Of a stretch of 64,000 bases of DNA, positions 10,901-22,212 are shown in pieces; within the stretch, counting starts at the first letter, position 1; each line of letters begins with the position of its first letter. The position numbers and the translations under genes are program-made. The notes beneath the pieces were generated by a model. That model was not told the DNA's origin. It saw only the letters and a list, made by a program, of their open reading frames with translations, and made no database searches. This stretch comes from Klebsormidium nitens (lineage: Eukaryota; Plantae; Klebsormidiophyceae), in the NCBI GenBank assembly GCA_000708835.1, contig DF237130.1, forward strand, positions 62,001 through 126,000, in the 5' to 3' direction.

Positions 10901-13900
10901 GAGTAAGCAACTTTACTTGGCCAGACTTCGTTCGGTGTGCAATCAAAAGCTTGCTCGAGCATTATTTCGATAAGCGGTTCGCTTCGATCGCCTCTCTCGA
11001 GCATACTTGCTTCGAGTGTAACTAGGACGGGTTGGCAGCCTGAAGTCTAAAGTATTAGCTGTGGCTTACGCATGTGTTTAGAAGCATATACGGTCCCTTA
11101 AGGATTTGTTGGAAAGAAGGCAGATTCTTTGACATTGTCCTTGACGATCTCGCTGACAAAGCTTGTCATTGAAAGGATGACGACTTCAAAAGTTGCAAAA
11201 TAGGACGAAGGGAAGACAACAGCAGGTACACTCAGAGGGAGCCCAACAAAGAACGAGACCGAGCCACAAAAGGAGGGGGAGCCCATCACCTCCGGTCCGA
11301 AGCTGACGAGCATGCTGAGGTACTGGCGCAGGTTCTGCGCCATGGGGGACAGCATGATCGGCCGGACTGCGGGGAGGGCGTTCCCGATTGAACAGACGGC
11401 GACCGAAGTAATCATTGTGATCTCGGGGAGCCCATTGAAGTTGGCCACGGTGCCCGACACCTGGACCTCGTCACCAACGGCGGTCGCCATGAAATTGGCG
11501 CGAGAGCTGCCGAAGTAGACGAAGATGCCGTTAGAGGTCGTCGTGTCGTCGTCGGCTAGCATCTGTGAAGGAACGAGTCAGGAGTGTTTCGACGCGAAGG
11601 GGGGACCTGCTTGCAAATCAGTCCAGCAGCTTCGGAAGGAGCTGACACCAGCCGCCCTCCGCAACAAGGATAAAATGTTTGTAGAAAATGTAGTTGAGAT
11701 GGTCACCACAGCGGAACTGAGGGACTCCTTCTGAGGGAGGGGTCAGGATTGTTTTGACGCAAAGGTGGACAGGGGTGACTCTCAGAGGAGCGGGTGAGGA
11801 GCGGGGCGAAGGTGCGGCTTCTTTCCTGTGGCGATTGTCCCGGAACTTCGTGAGTACCAGACATTCGTCGAGCACGTTAACCCCAAGCACGATCATTCAC
11901 GGGGAGAAAAGCAGAGGCTGAAAGACAAGGTCGAGCACGTTCATTCACGGGAAAGAAAGGAGAGGCAGAAAGAGGATTTGAGCAGCTCGACATCGGCAGA
12001 TGGAAGTGTGTTGCGGTAGAGCGACCGAGAACGGGTCGCCTCGTTACTTGGGAACAGCTTCTGACAGTCACCAAATAATGCATGTGATTAGAATAACTAA
12101 CAGAACATTTACTCGCAAGAGTAGCTTTAGAACCGTTGTAATTGAAGAGCCATGCTTCCCCAGGAGTGCAGAATCGAATTACGTTCTCACGATGATGGCA
12201 GCAGTTGACCCTGAGGTGACAGACGTTTTAATTCAGGATTGCAAGCGAGCTCAAGGAAGATCTCGTATTGCAGCCCTCGGACCCAACTTTGCGTCAAATT
12301 TTGACTGCAGAAGTCAGGGCTCATTATCCGAAGACAAGAGACAAGCGGCACAGTTCGACGCATCGAGAGCTCGTAGCCGAACAAGAAGTGCCTGCACGCT
12401 GCGGGTCGCACTTACGTCAGGCGTCTGGATGAAGAAGCCGGAGAGTTGGCCGGGTGCGTCGAACGCGCCCGTCAAAAACCCCCGCACAACCACCGTGGTG
12501 TTGACCAGGTTGGGTGCGGCTCCGTTCCCATTGATCGTGGAGATCGGCGTCTCCCCAGCCGTGCTAGTGCAAGAAGGGGCAGTGCCGGTGGGGGCGGGAG
12601 TCCCGGTCCCAGAAGTGGTTGGCGCTGGAGATAAGGATAAAGTTCAATACCTATAAGGACCTAAGACACGCCCAGGGAACGGGTGGGGTTGGTATGGTGG
12701 TTAGGGTGGGTGCCGGTGCGGAGCGCGCCATGTTCGTTGGTTAGGGGTGTTAGTTAGTTTTCTGTCCCAGGTACTTTCTTATAGGTATTAGATCCTTCTA
12801 GATTCTAAACTTGATGGGTATCGTTGGATTCGTCGGGACAGAAAGAATTGTTGCTGTGCTTTCTGAGAGGCCAAAAATATAAGGCCCGGAAGATCGTCCC
12901 TCTCGATCTCAAGGAACCCACTGCAAACGCTGTCCACTCGCAGCGGCTACAGTTGTGGAATGGTCCTTCCGAGAGATTGAAAACAGCTTTTGTGAAAGTT
13001 TTCGGCTAAGGACATTGTGAGTTCCTATATCTACTGTCGAGTCTGTGTAAGCTTAAACACTTCGAGGGGCGAGATGACTGTCGTGGATGTCACGACGAGA
13101 CGGATTCCAAGCGGGTAGTCCTCCGTAAAGCGGAGGCGTGACAACAGAGACGGCTTACTGGTGGGAGGTCGAAGTTGTTAACAGCAAACAACAAGGAATA
13201 GCGTCATGTTTAGAAACGTCGATGATGAATCTTGTGGGCTCTTAACTTACTCCTTCCGCTGGGTGAACACAAACTAGCCAAGTTCAAAAGCTCCGCTGAT
13301 CTCCCTGCTATATTACAAAAGATGACACTTCTCGAGTTTGCAACGACAAAAACGGACCCGAAGGTTGCTTTCAAACAAGGATGGCCCTGATTGCCCATCA
13401 AAGAGGGCGTGTCACCGGGGCGCAACATGAGCAGCATTCATGATACCAAGCAAAAGACCCCTTTTCCCGGCGACCCAAGAGCAGAGGAGCACGCTGCACG
13501 GTCGCCCTGTGACGTCATTTGATGCGATGCTAGACTCACAAGGAGTGGCTGAGCCTGAGCAGGCGTTGGCAGTTCCCGGGGTAGTGCTGACCAGGACGAA
13601 GTCAACACCGTTATCGTCCGTGTCAGTGCCGTCAGGACACCTAGACAAGGAGGGACAGTATTAGGAATCGGAATTGGACCAGATTCAGCCGATAAACGGA
13701 TCAAAGGCAGCCCACAGATCCATCCAAAGAACCTGGCATCACCAAATGCAATAAGATCCGGAGAGATCATAGTCCACGAAGTAAGACGTTGACTGTGCTT
13801 CTTAGTCGAAGAAGTAGGGTGCAGGGGCTTGCTTGAAGCTAGCAGCACGGCTGTTTTCAAGCTCCCAGTCGACTGTTGGAGAGGGAAGAGAGGACGTACT

Positions 13901-16342
13901 TTTCCAAAGACCTTCTTAGCCTTTACGAAAACTTCAACGCAGTAAAAGTCGTCGGAGGCTACAAGCTTGTACACGAGAAGCACTCCCCCTTCTCAAAATT
14001 GCTAGAAATCCTGACCCACAAGCTTTAAGCACACACCTTTGGCAGGCATACAATTTGATGAGATCACATAAGTCCAGACCTGGACGACCTTAGCCATCAA
14101 ACCCTTTTGACAATCGCTTTCCAGCAGGCCTCATGATACTCATTCTCACCATAATAAACCACATATGATTCGAGAACAGACTAAGTTGCCTGTGGCCGGA
14201 AATACTGAAAATGAGCCTCAAACGTGAGCCCCAAGCGGAAGCCTCAAAAGTTTGAAAGGAATGCATGCACCTTGCAGAGGAGTCATCCAGAGTCTTAGAA
14301 CTGGGCTATCCACTTCCTTCCAGTCAGAGTACTTAACCCCGCTAAGCCAGCACCCGTTTGCAAACATTGACTCAAGCAACAGCTGCAAGCACCTGAGCTG
14401 CTAAAACCTGACGCAACTCGCGGATACTCACCTGGAGATGGATGTGGTGCCAGCGTCGGTGTCGGTTACCGCACTGGTGCCCTCCGAGTAGCCGGGAATC
14501 AATCCCTCATACGAGACCCTGTCGATGATGTTTCCAGAAGGGTCTGTAAGGCCCATGGCGTCCGGGGCTCCATTCTGGATTAGGTTGTTGTCGGGGCCGT
14601 TTGTCTGCAAGAGGGGGTTTTCAAACAGTGGTGAATGAAGCTGGGACCAGAGAGGGTTGGGCAGGAAAGAGGGGTTAATGAGTGGTTAGGCAGTGGGAAA
14701 GGGGGTAGAGCTGATAACTAGGAATGCGAAAAAGGTGCAAGAAAGTATCAAGGCAACAGACCATCAATATCATTGATCAGGCAGGCATTCTGACAGAGGG
14801 GTTAAGTACACAGGGTCAGGAGAATGTAGACCACGCAAACGCGGGATATAAAAGCAATCAGGCAACGAGACAGTGGTGTTGAGGGTACTAGTCTGTGTGC
14901 ACGAGTCTAGTTGGTTGAAAGGATGGGAATGTCATGCCGTATAATCAGAAACTGATACTGTAGCCAGGTGACCATACTACAAGCATACTATGTTGCGATA
15001 AGGTTTCAGGGCTACTTGAGGGTGGGGTCCATGCAAGAGCCAACTTGAGGTTAAGGAAAGGGTTAAGAGAGTCTACAATACAGCGGTAAAGCTACCCAGA
15101 TGGCAGTACTCTTTTGCTGACAAGAACATTGTATCCCAAACTGGAAGAGATATGCTGTTACCCTGCATTGAACAAGCCTCTACGAAACAAGTTGGCAAGA
15201 TTGGCAGGACCAGGCTTGCCATTCTGCTGAGATGACAAATATAATGAAAAGGGCAAAACCAGGAGTGATTCTCTGCCCCTGCCAAGCTGCTAATGCTGTT
15301 TAATCCATGCACGCACTGTGCTTTACCTTGCCTTTGAAGATGTGGAAATCAACATTGAGGTTCCTGATTGTCCAGACGTACATACCCAATTATTAGACTC
15401 ATTTAGATCAGACTTAATTCGCAGGTTGCTGCAACTTTTAGCAGCAGAACTGAGGGGGATTGTCTATTTCAAATTCCAAGTTCACTGAGACATCTGACCT
15501 CTGAAGCCAACAACTTCAGCTCAGACCAAATGGCCAGGCCACCTCATGCTGAGCCTGTAGAACCAACTGGGAGCTTTAATTGCAACGGACAATTGCGAGA
15601 GTCGATCTGGCTTCTTGCCGATATTAACCGCCTGGTTAGCACAAATGCAGCCTAAGATGGAAAATGGAAATTTGGATGCCAATGAGAACTCAGATAGGCC
15701 ATTGCGTGCAGTGGAAAGCTTTTCAATGAATGCGGCCATTCTACAGCCGAAAGGAATGACTGGCGCAATATGTCAGTTCTCAACTGACCCACCCGAGTTT
15801 CAACTCTAGCCCAATCAGTCTTCCGCAGCACATAATCATCAGAACCCCCATTCACTGACACTCGGACTAAGTTTGGAAGATATGTCATCATTAACCCCTG
15901 ATCGAGACAGGCCAGAGAACAAGCCCAGTCTCCCCTTGACTTGACCACATTTCACCCTGCAGTAGAAGGCTCTCCTATTAGCTCCTTGGCTGATCGCACC
16001 TGGTGAAAATGCATTGCATTTGCCACTCACCTGATTGCAGTTTGGCACGGTCCCCGCCGTTGAGCAGATCACAAAGTAACCCCCTGGGGCCAGCGTCACT
16101 GGGGCAAGTGGAATCGTCAAGTATATGGCATTGTTGGCCCCATTCACAAGCTGGAGGTTCCAATTCGTGAGGTTGATGTTGGACGCTCCAACATTTTTGA
16201 GCTCAATGAATTCCGTAGTGTCAGTGCCAGGCTGATCATAGTCGATTTCGTTGATGACCAGAGAGGTGGACACGGCGGCGGAGAGGGCGGCGGAGGAGAA
16301 GAGAACCAGGAGGGCGAGCAGGAGCTGGCGGGAGGCGACCAT
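4979..16342 (-). CDS. Secreted ExeM/NucH-like extracellular nuclease: signal peptide + LTD + OB-fold-like region + EEP domain + T/P stalk + 2 Cys-rich modules (gene A, 1029 aa)
   Basis: 13 exons, all GT-AG and frame-consistent: 16342-16031, 14604-14432, 13640-13540, 12624-12416, 11562-11290, 10734-10635, 10174-9780, 9379-9158, 8643-8386, 7600-7274, 6818-6525, 5906-5568, 5065-4979 (total 3090 nt). Signal peptide MVASRQLLLALLVLFSSAALSA. LTD motifs VINEIDYDQPGTDTTEFIELKN and LIQNGAPDAMGL. OB-like motifs GFFIQ..D...TSNGIFVY and VGDEVQVSGTV. EEP motifs AFNLENF, LQEL, VANHLKSKG, LAGDMNSY, YLDHAL and SDHDP. Confidence 0.9.
7651..7816. repeat. Imperfect tandem duplication, 90-bp period, in intron of gene A
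   Basis: GAGCAGCAGCT(C/T)TACAAACCAGA...TGTTTCCTTGTGCCT...AAGGTACGTCA(A/G)GTCTGAAGGAACA begins at 7651 and again at 7741. Confidence 0.9.
12646..12789. repeat. Short inverted-repeat-bounded segment (possible degenerate MITE) in intron 3 of gene A
   Basis: AATACCTATAAG (12646-12657) and its exact reverse complement CTTATAGGTATT (12778-12789). It can be read as TA-flanked TIRs. No second copy seen in the window. Confidence 0.4.
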
Positions 16343-18327
16343 TGTTCGTCAGCTGCAGCTGCCTGCAAATCACCGTGTGGGGAAAGGCTGAATCTGGGCG
16401 TTGTGGGAGCTGCCTGTGCACGAAAGCTATCTCTGCCACCGACTATTTCATATCCGGACCAATTCAAGCACGTACGTATTCCCTGCGAGATCAGAAAGAA
16501 AGCAAGTTGAAAGCTCTGATCATGCACACTAGTAGGTACCGCATTTCGAGATTCAACAGGGTCCCTCTTCGCTTTGAGTTTCAGACAGAGGAACCCTCTT
16601 GGCACTTCTTGAACACTACCGTACCTATTCCAGAGCCAACAAAGGACAGGAAGAGTTGACCAGAATCATGGTCTCAAGATTGAAAGCTGACCGTGGCCAT
16701 GACATCACGGCTCCACCAGCCCTTGGCCCCATGCCAGTTGTCCGCGCAGGGAGGTGTGGACCGCCAGCTGGCATCATTTCTTGTTACCTACTTTATTATG
16801 CTCAGCCGCCCCACTCTACCTGGGTAGGATATGGAACGGACCTATGGTATCTTTGTGAGACGAGTCCCTGATCAGGAGGGAGAAAAGATGCGCCTTTCTT
16901 GTCGGCGACTGCAGCCAACATGCAAGGCTTGGATTGGCGGTGACGACAGGGGCCAGGGCCTAAAAGCCTAGGATCCGGATTCCGTCTGCCAATCACAGTC
17001 CAATGCGGGAAGATTCCAATCCGCAAATGCCCCGCCAACGTCACAGCCTTTTCACCCCTTTGACACATTGGTTGCCGTGTGTACCTGGCGCTCTGGAGTG
17101 AATAGGTTCTTGCTGACATATGCATCAACAAAGATTCGAAAGATTCCGGCTTTTGCCGGCAACGCACGGCCGGTGTTGACACTGTGAGTGCCGTAGCTGA
17201 AAGTTGGCTGAAACACATCAGTGGAAACTGGTGTGTGGCTCGGGCGTCCCAAAAGGCTGCACAAGGCACACGTTGCATACCATTATGAATGCACAGTGCA
17301 GACTGCGTCCCGCAATGTTTAGGTCGGTACAACTGGACCGGGTGTTACCTGAGCGCTGTCGAGCACTCCCCCGATCATCGATGGCATCGCGGCCATACGA
17401 AAGTCGGTATAAACGGCATTCAGCGTGCTGCTCACTGCACCGCACTCATGATGTTTCAAGCTGCGCGGTAACGGTCAGGGCTCATACGTAGTGTGTGGTA
17501 ATGTTCTAGATTCCTAAGCTCAGCCGCAAACTAGGATGGTGACCCTATCAATAGCAAATTGCATTGATCAGGGTTCAAGTACACAAATTTGTGGGAAGGA
17601 GCATCGCATTGAATGGGTGCGGCTTTATTACGCTTCTTAAGAGTCCCCTGGGCTCTGACCAGGCTAACACGCCTGCTGCCCGGGAGTTGACTGTTGAGCC
17701 GTGGCGGCAATTTGAAGGTGGAAGAGGGTGAGTAACTTTTCAACTTCATTATGCTTTTTGGAGAGGCCAACGACAGTCTGCATCCGATGGATCGTGTCTC
17801 TGTCTCAACTGAATGTGTCAGCACATGGCATTGCGGTGCGGTGACTTTCGCAATTTCTGTTCACTGGTGGCACCGTCAGAGTCTCTGTAGTTTTGCAATG
17901 CAGTACAAATGGAACTGTGTTGGCTGAAGTGACGCTTAAAGGTTCCAAACATGCTGGAGCTTTTTGTTTGCTCATGCTGCAGGTTTTGGTGAATAAGATT
18001 CTGAGGGTGGTAAGGTCAATTTCTTGTAACATGTGTTCGTTCCTGTCACGTGGCTGCTGTTCAACCAGAAATGGGAGATGCAAGGAGTACGCCGGCATGT
18101 TGACTTTTGAAAAATGGTCGATCTTAAGGTACATCACCACCTTGAACAAAAAGCCACGCCACCTTGCATTGCAGGTCCCATCATAAGAGCCTCTGCACCA
18201 CTTTCTTCAACGGCCTTCCTGTCCTTTCTACCGAACACCGGCAGAAAATCCTTCTTTCAGCAGTTGCGCTGGTTGGGACAGAACAACAGCTGTAGAGCCG
18301 GGGTTCGCAAGTTGGGCCCTCAGGGGC

Positions 18328-20022
18328 ATGGCCGCTGGCGCCGTCCTCGAGTGCCACTTGACCGCCGCCCCTTCTCTCATGGCGGGGCGCCTTGCGTGTT
18401 CTAGGCTGAAAGGCACCGTCTGGCACTCACTGAACCCAGGCCTGGGGGCTCTTTTGCAAAGTGTGCCCAGTCTGACTCGCTCAGAGTTTCCTGTCTCCCA
18501 GCGGGCCAGCTTTCAACCGTCCCTTTGCCTCAACCACTTCGAAACCCCTTCTGCGCCAATAGGCTGCACAGAGTCTCCCACCCGCACGCGCAGCAGCCCC
18601 TTGCTCTCAAGCTTCGAATGCGCCCCCTCACGCCCTCTTAGCAGTTCGCCGCGCGCTCGATTCTGGTCCTCGTTCCGCAGCTTTAGCGTCGCACAAGAAG
18701 CTGCGCCTTCCGTCTCCGCTGCTGGGGCAGAAACGCCGGCAGCCGGAAACATAGTCGACGTGCTTCGGGAGCGCGATCTGGTGGATGCCATCACGAACGA
18801 AACAGCGCTACGGGAGGCCGCCGCCAGTTCGTCTCTGAAAGTTTACCTTGGCTTCGACCCCACCGCCGAAAGCCTGCACATCGGGCACCTTCTAGGGATC
18901 GTCATTCTGGCCTGGTTCCAAAAGTGCGGGCACACCCCGGTGGCCGTTCTGGGGGGCGCGACGGCGCGGGTGGGGGATCCCTCCGGGAAGAGCATCGAGC
19001 GGCCGGTGATGAGCAACGAGACGATCGAACGGAACCTGGCAGGGCTTGAGGGGACGCTGCGCAAGTTGCTGCGGTTTGAAGAGGGCCCGCAGCCTCTGGT
19101 CGTGAACAACTACGACTGGCATTCGCAGTTCAGTTTCTTAGACTTCTTGCGCGACGTGGGGCGGCACGCGCGGGTCGGCGTGATGATCAAGAAGGACAGC
19201 GTGCAGACGCGGCTGGCGAGCGAGGAGGGCATGAGCTTCACGGAGTTTTGCTACCAGCTGTTGCAGGGGTACGACTTTGTGCACCTGTTCAAGGAGCATG
19301 GGGTAACGCTGCAGCTCGGGGGCAGCGACCAGTGGGGAAACATCACGGCGGGGACGGACCTGGTCAGAAAGATGCTCAAGAAGGAGGGCGCGATGGGGCT
19401 CACGTTCCCGCTGCTCCTGCAGAGCGACGGGCGCAAGTTCGGCAAGTCGGAGGGGGGCGCCGTGTGGCTCTCGGAGAAGCTGCTGTCGCCGTACAAGTTC
19501 TACCAGTACCTCTTTGCGGTGCCTGACGCTGACGTCGTCACGTTCCTGAAGCGGCTGACGTTTCTCGACGTGCGGGAGATCGCGGAGATCGAGGCCGGGA
19601 TGCGGCGGCCGGGATATCAGCCAAACACGGCGCAGCGGCGGTTGGCGGAAGAGGTGACGCGATTCGTCCACGGGGACGAGGGGCTCGCGCAGGCGCTGGC
19701 GGCGACGCAAGGGCTGGCCCCCGGCGCGGCAACAAAGCTCGACATTTCGGCGCTAGAGGCGATCGCGGCGGACATCCCGTCGGTGTCGTTGCCGATCGAC
19801 AAAGTGGAGGGGCAGGTAATTGTGGACGTGTTCGTGGCGGCGGGGCTGTTTCCGAGCAAGGGCGCGGTGCGGCGGCAGATCAAGAACGGTGGGGCGTATC
19901 TGAACAACGAGAAAGTGGAGGACGAAGGGCTGAGCGTGACGGCGAAGGACGTGCTGGATGGCCGGATGTTGCTCCTGGCGTCGGGGAAGAAGAACAAGTT
20001 GCTGGTCAAGATTGAGAGTTGA
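18328..20022 (+). CDS. tyrS: Tyrosyl-tRNA synthetase, bacterial-type organellar (plastid/mitochondrial), intronless, 564 aa
   Basis: YLGFDPTAESLHIGHL (HIGH motif), YQLLQGYDF, QLGGSDQWGNI, KFGKS (KMSKS motif) and a C-terminal S4-like domain (SKGAVRRQIKNGGAYLNNEKV...GKKNKLLV). The ~130-aa Ser/Arg/Pro-rich N-terminal extension resembles a transit peptide. Confidence 0.97.
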   Translation: MAAGAVLECHLTAAPSLMAGRLACSRLKGTVWHSLNPGLGALLQSVPSLTRSEFPVSQRASFQPSLCLNHFETPSAPIGCTESPTRTRSSPLLSSFECAPSRPLSSSPRARFWSSFRSFSVAQEAAPSVSAAGAETPAAGNIVDVLRERDLVDAITNETALREAAASSSLKVYLGFDPTAESLHIGHLLGIVILAWFQKCGHTPVAVLGGATARVGDPSGKSIERPVMSNETIERNLAGLEGTLRKLLRFEEGPQPLVVNNYDWHSQFSFLDFLRDVGRHARVGVMIKKDSVQTRLASEEGMSFTEFCYQLLQGYDFVHLFKEHGVTLQLGGSDQWGNITAGTDLVRKMLKKEGAMGLTFPLLLQSDGRKFGKSEGGAVWLSEKLLSPYKFYQYLFAVPDADVVTFLKRLTFLDVREIAEIEAGMRRPGYQPNTAQRRLAEEVTRFVHGDEGLAQALAATQGLAPGAATKLDISALEAIAADIPSVSLPIDKVEGQVIVDVFVAAGLFPSKGAVRRQIKNGGAYLNNEKVEDEGLSVTAKDVLDGRMLLLASGKKNKLLVKIES

Positions 20023-22212
20023 CAAGAGGTGGATACGTAAGCCTATGCTTTGTGGCACGAGCGTCTGGCTCTGTTTTCAAAGAACTCAAGTCAATAGGCA
20101 GTATCTGATGGTCATTCGAGATTGGACAAAAATACGGGTGAAGTAACGTTGACTTGCAAAAGGTCAAAGTTGGCCATCTAACTAAGGCGAAATACTCCGG
20201 CCGCCCAATTGATATCGCATTTCTGCGCATCAAACTTGGTGGTACTGGGACGAAATGCCTAAATTGCATCTGAGGTTTAGGGGTCTAAACCAAAGCACGA
20301 GCCTGACAGCCACAGAACCATTGCAATGGCTACCGCGCGGGACCCAATATTCTCGACTCAGGACCCCTGCAGGAAATTGTTATGTGGCATGCCAGGATGC
20401 CTATACGATTTGAGTCTAAAAGATCATATGTGGGCGCAGAATTGTGGGCGCACCTGCATGAGATTGAAGGATTCATTGCTCACGCAGTCAGCGGCTTCAA
20501 ATCTAGCTGGCAATCTTTGCGACATTTGCTCGTATTTGCAAAGAGTTCATGGAATCCTGTGTATGCCGCCACGCGGGGGTAGCACGTAACTTCGTATTTT
20601 GTCATGCAAGGCTTGGCGCGATCATTGGGACAACGATCGCTGTCACTATTATCAGATTCCCTCCCAGACTCATGGGTTCTCTCACCCTCCGAACAAACTG
20701 ATGCAATTTGAGTCTTCAAGACCCCGAGTGTATGTACGTTCATACGTTGCACTCTTGCACAATGGGTCAGCATTTGCAATTTCGTTGTGGTCGAAGTGCC
20801 CTGCTTTGAGCTGGGTCCCCATCAGTCAATATGTCCGTTTCCGTGGACCAGGAGCCCAAAACACGATCGGCTCCTTTATACTTCGGGCCCGCTTCGCTTG
20901 AGACTGCCCTTCTTAATTTCGTACTTGCAAGATGGTTCTAGCCCATGTAGTGAGATCGTGATCCAGCAGAACCAAAGTAGTACACCGAGCCAGTGCCCTA
21001 GGTGCTTACATGACTAGCGTCGATCCCGCACAGGATTGTTACATAAGTACTATGTTGGAAGACGGGCCTCATCAGCACGATGCCTGGCCCAACTTGCGTG
21101 GCTGATCCACTCGTGTGCCGTGCCATCCGACCAGCCTCTGTGATGAGCATACGTCATTCAAGTCGTCATTCACTCAACGAGTCATCTACGAGTCCCCATG
21201 CATCTTACTGAAAGATCAAGACAAGCGCCGTTATTAGTGCGGGGAGTGCGAACGACTTTGGACCGACTTTGTCTTAGGACGACGTGCTATATTGAGGTCG
21301 ACAACATCTTTGGAGTCTGTGCACACATATGATCAAGGCTGTACGATCAAAGCGCTCAAGTCGCCCTGACGTACCGGAAGCCCTGGCGCCCAGATGTTAC
21401 ACGGTGAGTCTCATGCAAGGATCGAGCCCTCTCTCTGGTGCAAGGAAGATACTCGTATCGGAATCCTCCGGCTGCAGCTTGCTGAATCGTTTCCGGATCT
21501 CCGGAGGTCGATGGGGCCCGCCTTAGGATATCTGTTGCATAAAGAGGTCAACGTAAGTTGAGGCGTGAATGCTGACTAACTGCAGTATTGTCAGAGCAGA
21601 GAATGAAGCCTGAGGCAGTCGGCGTATCCAACAGACCACCATCGGCTGTGAAATTGTGATTGAAAAGTTGTACTGGTCGTGTAGCAAAGGTGACAAGACC
21701 AAGTCAAAGTTGAATACAAATAAAAGGAAGCGGACGCTTTGTCTACCGTTCTATATTCGCTCCGTCTTTTCAGGCCTAATCATTCTGCTCTCGGTGACAC
21801 GCTCTCCGAAAAGAAAAAGTCGACAAGCTCTCCTCTGGAGGATGCGCAAAAGTTCAGCCGTTTTGAGATTACAACTGGTGACCAGCGTTGAACTAGTACA
21901 AGAAGAGCTTCTTATGATTAGATTTCGAATGTCAACATATAAGTAAACAACAGGTTATAGCGTACAATTTTCCGTAGATTTATCTTGGCTTGGTCCACTC
22001 CTGGACATTTTTGGCAGTTTCTTCCCCAGCTTATCAAAATTTCACCAGAACGAAACAGCGTGTCAGAGCTCTTGATTCTTCCGGATTCTCCTTACAGACG
22101 GGCGCTGTTAAAAGAAGCTTACATCTAGCTGCCCGCACATTAAAAAGTACAGAATCCTGAAAGTCGAACAGAGACTCGCACCTGCTTCCCCTTGCTGCCT
22201 CCACCCCCTCCG

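Noticed and set aside
4979-16342. Bacterial contig or contamination as the source of the nuclease gene
   Set aside because: Twelve canonical spliceosomal introns with consistent phases, and collinearity with eukaryotic genes (FIP1, LSM8, MET1).
16400-18300. Small ORFs and exon-like segment (~17976-18002) between gene A and TyrRS
   Set aside because: They could not be assembled into a coherent protein; they may be UTR exons or chance splice-like sites.
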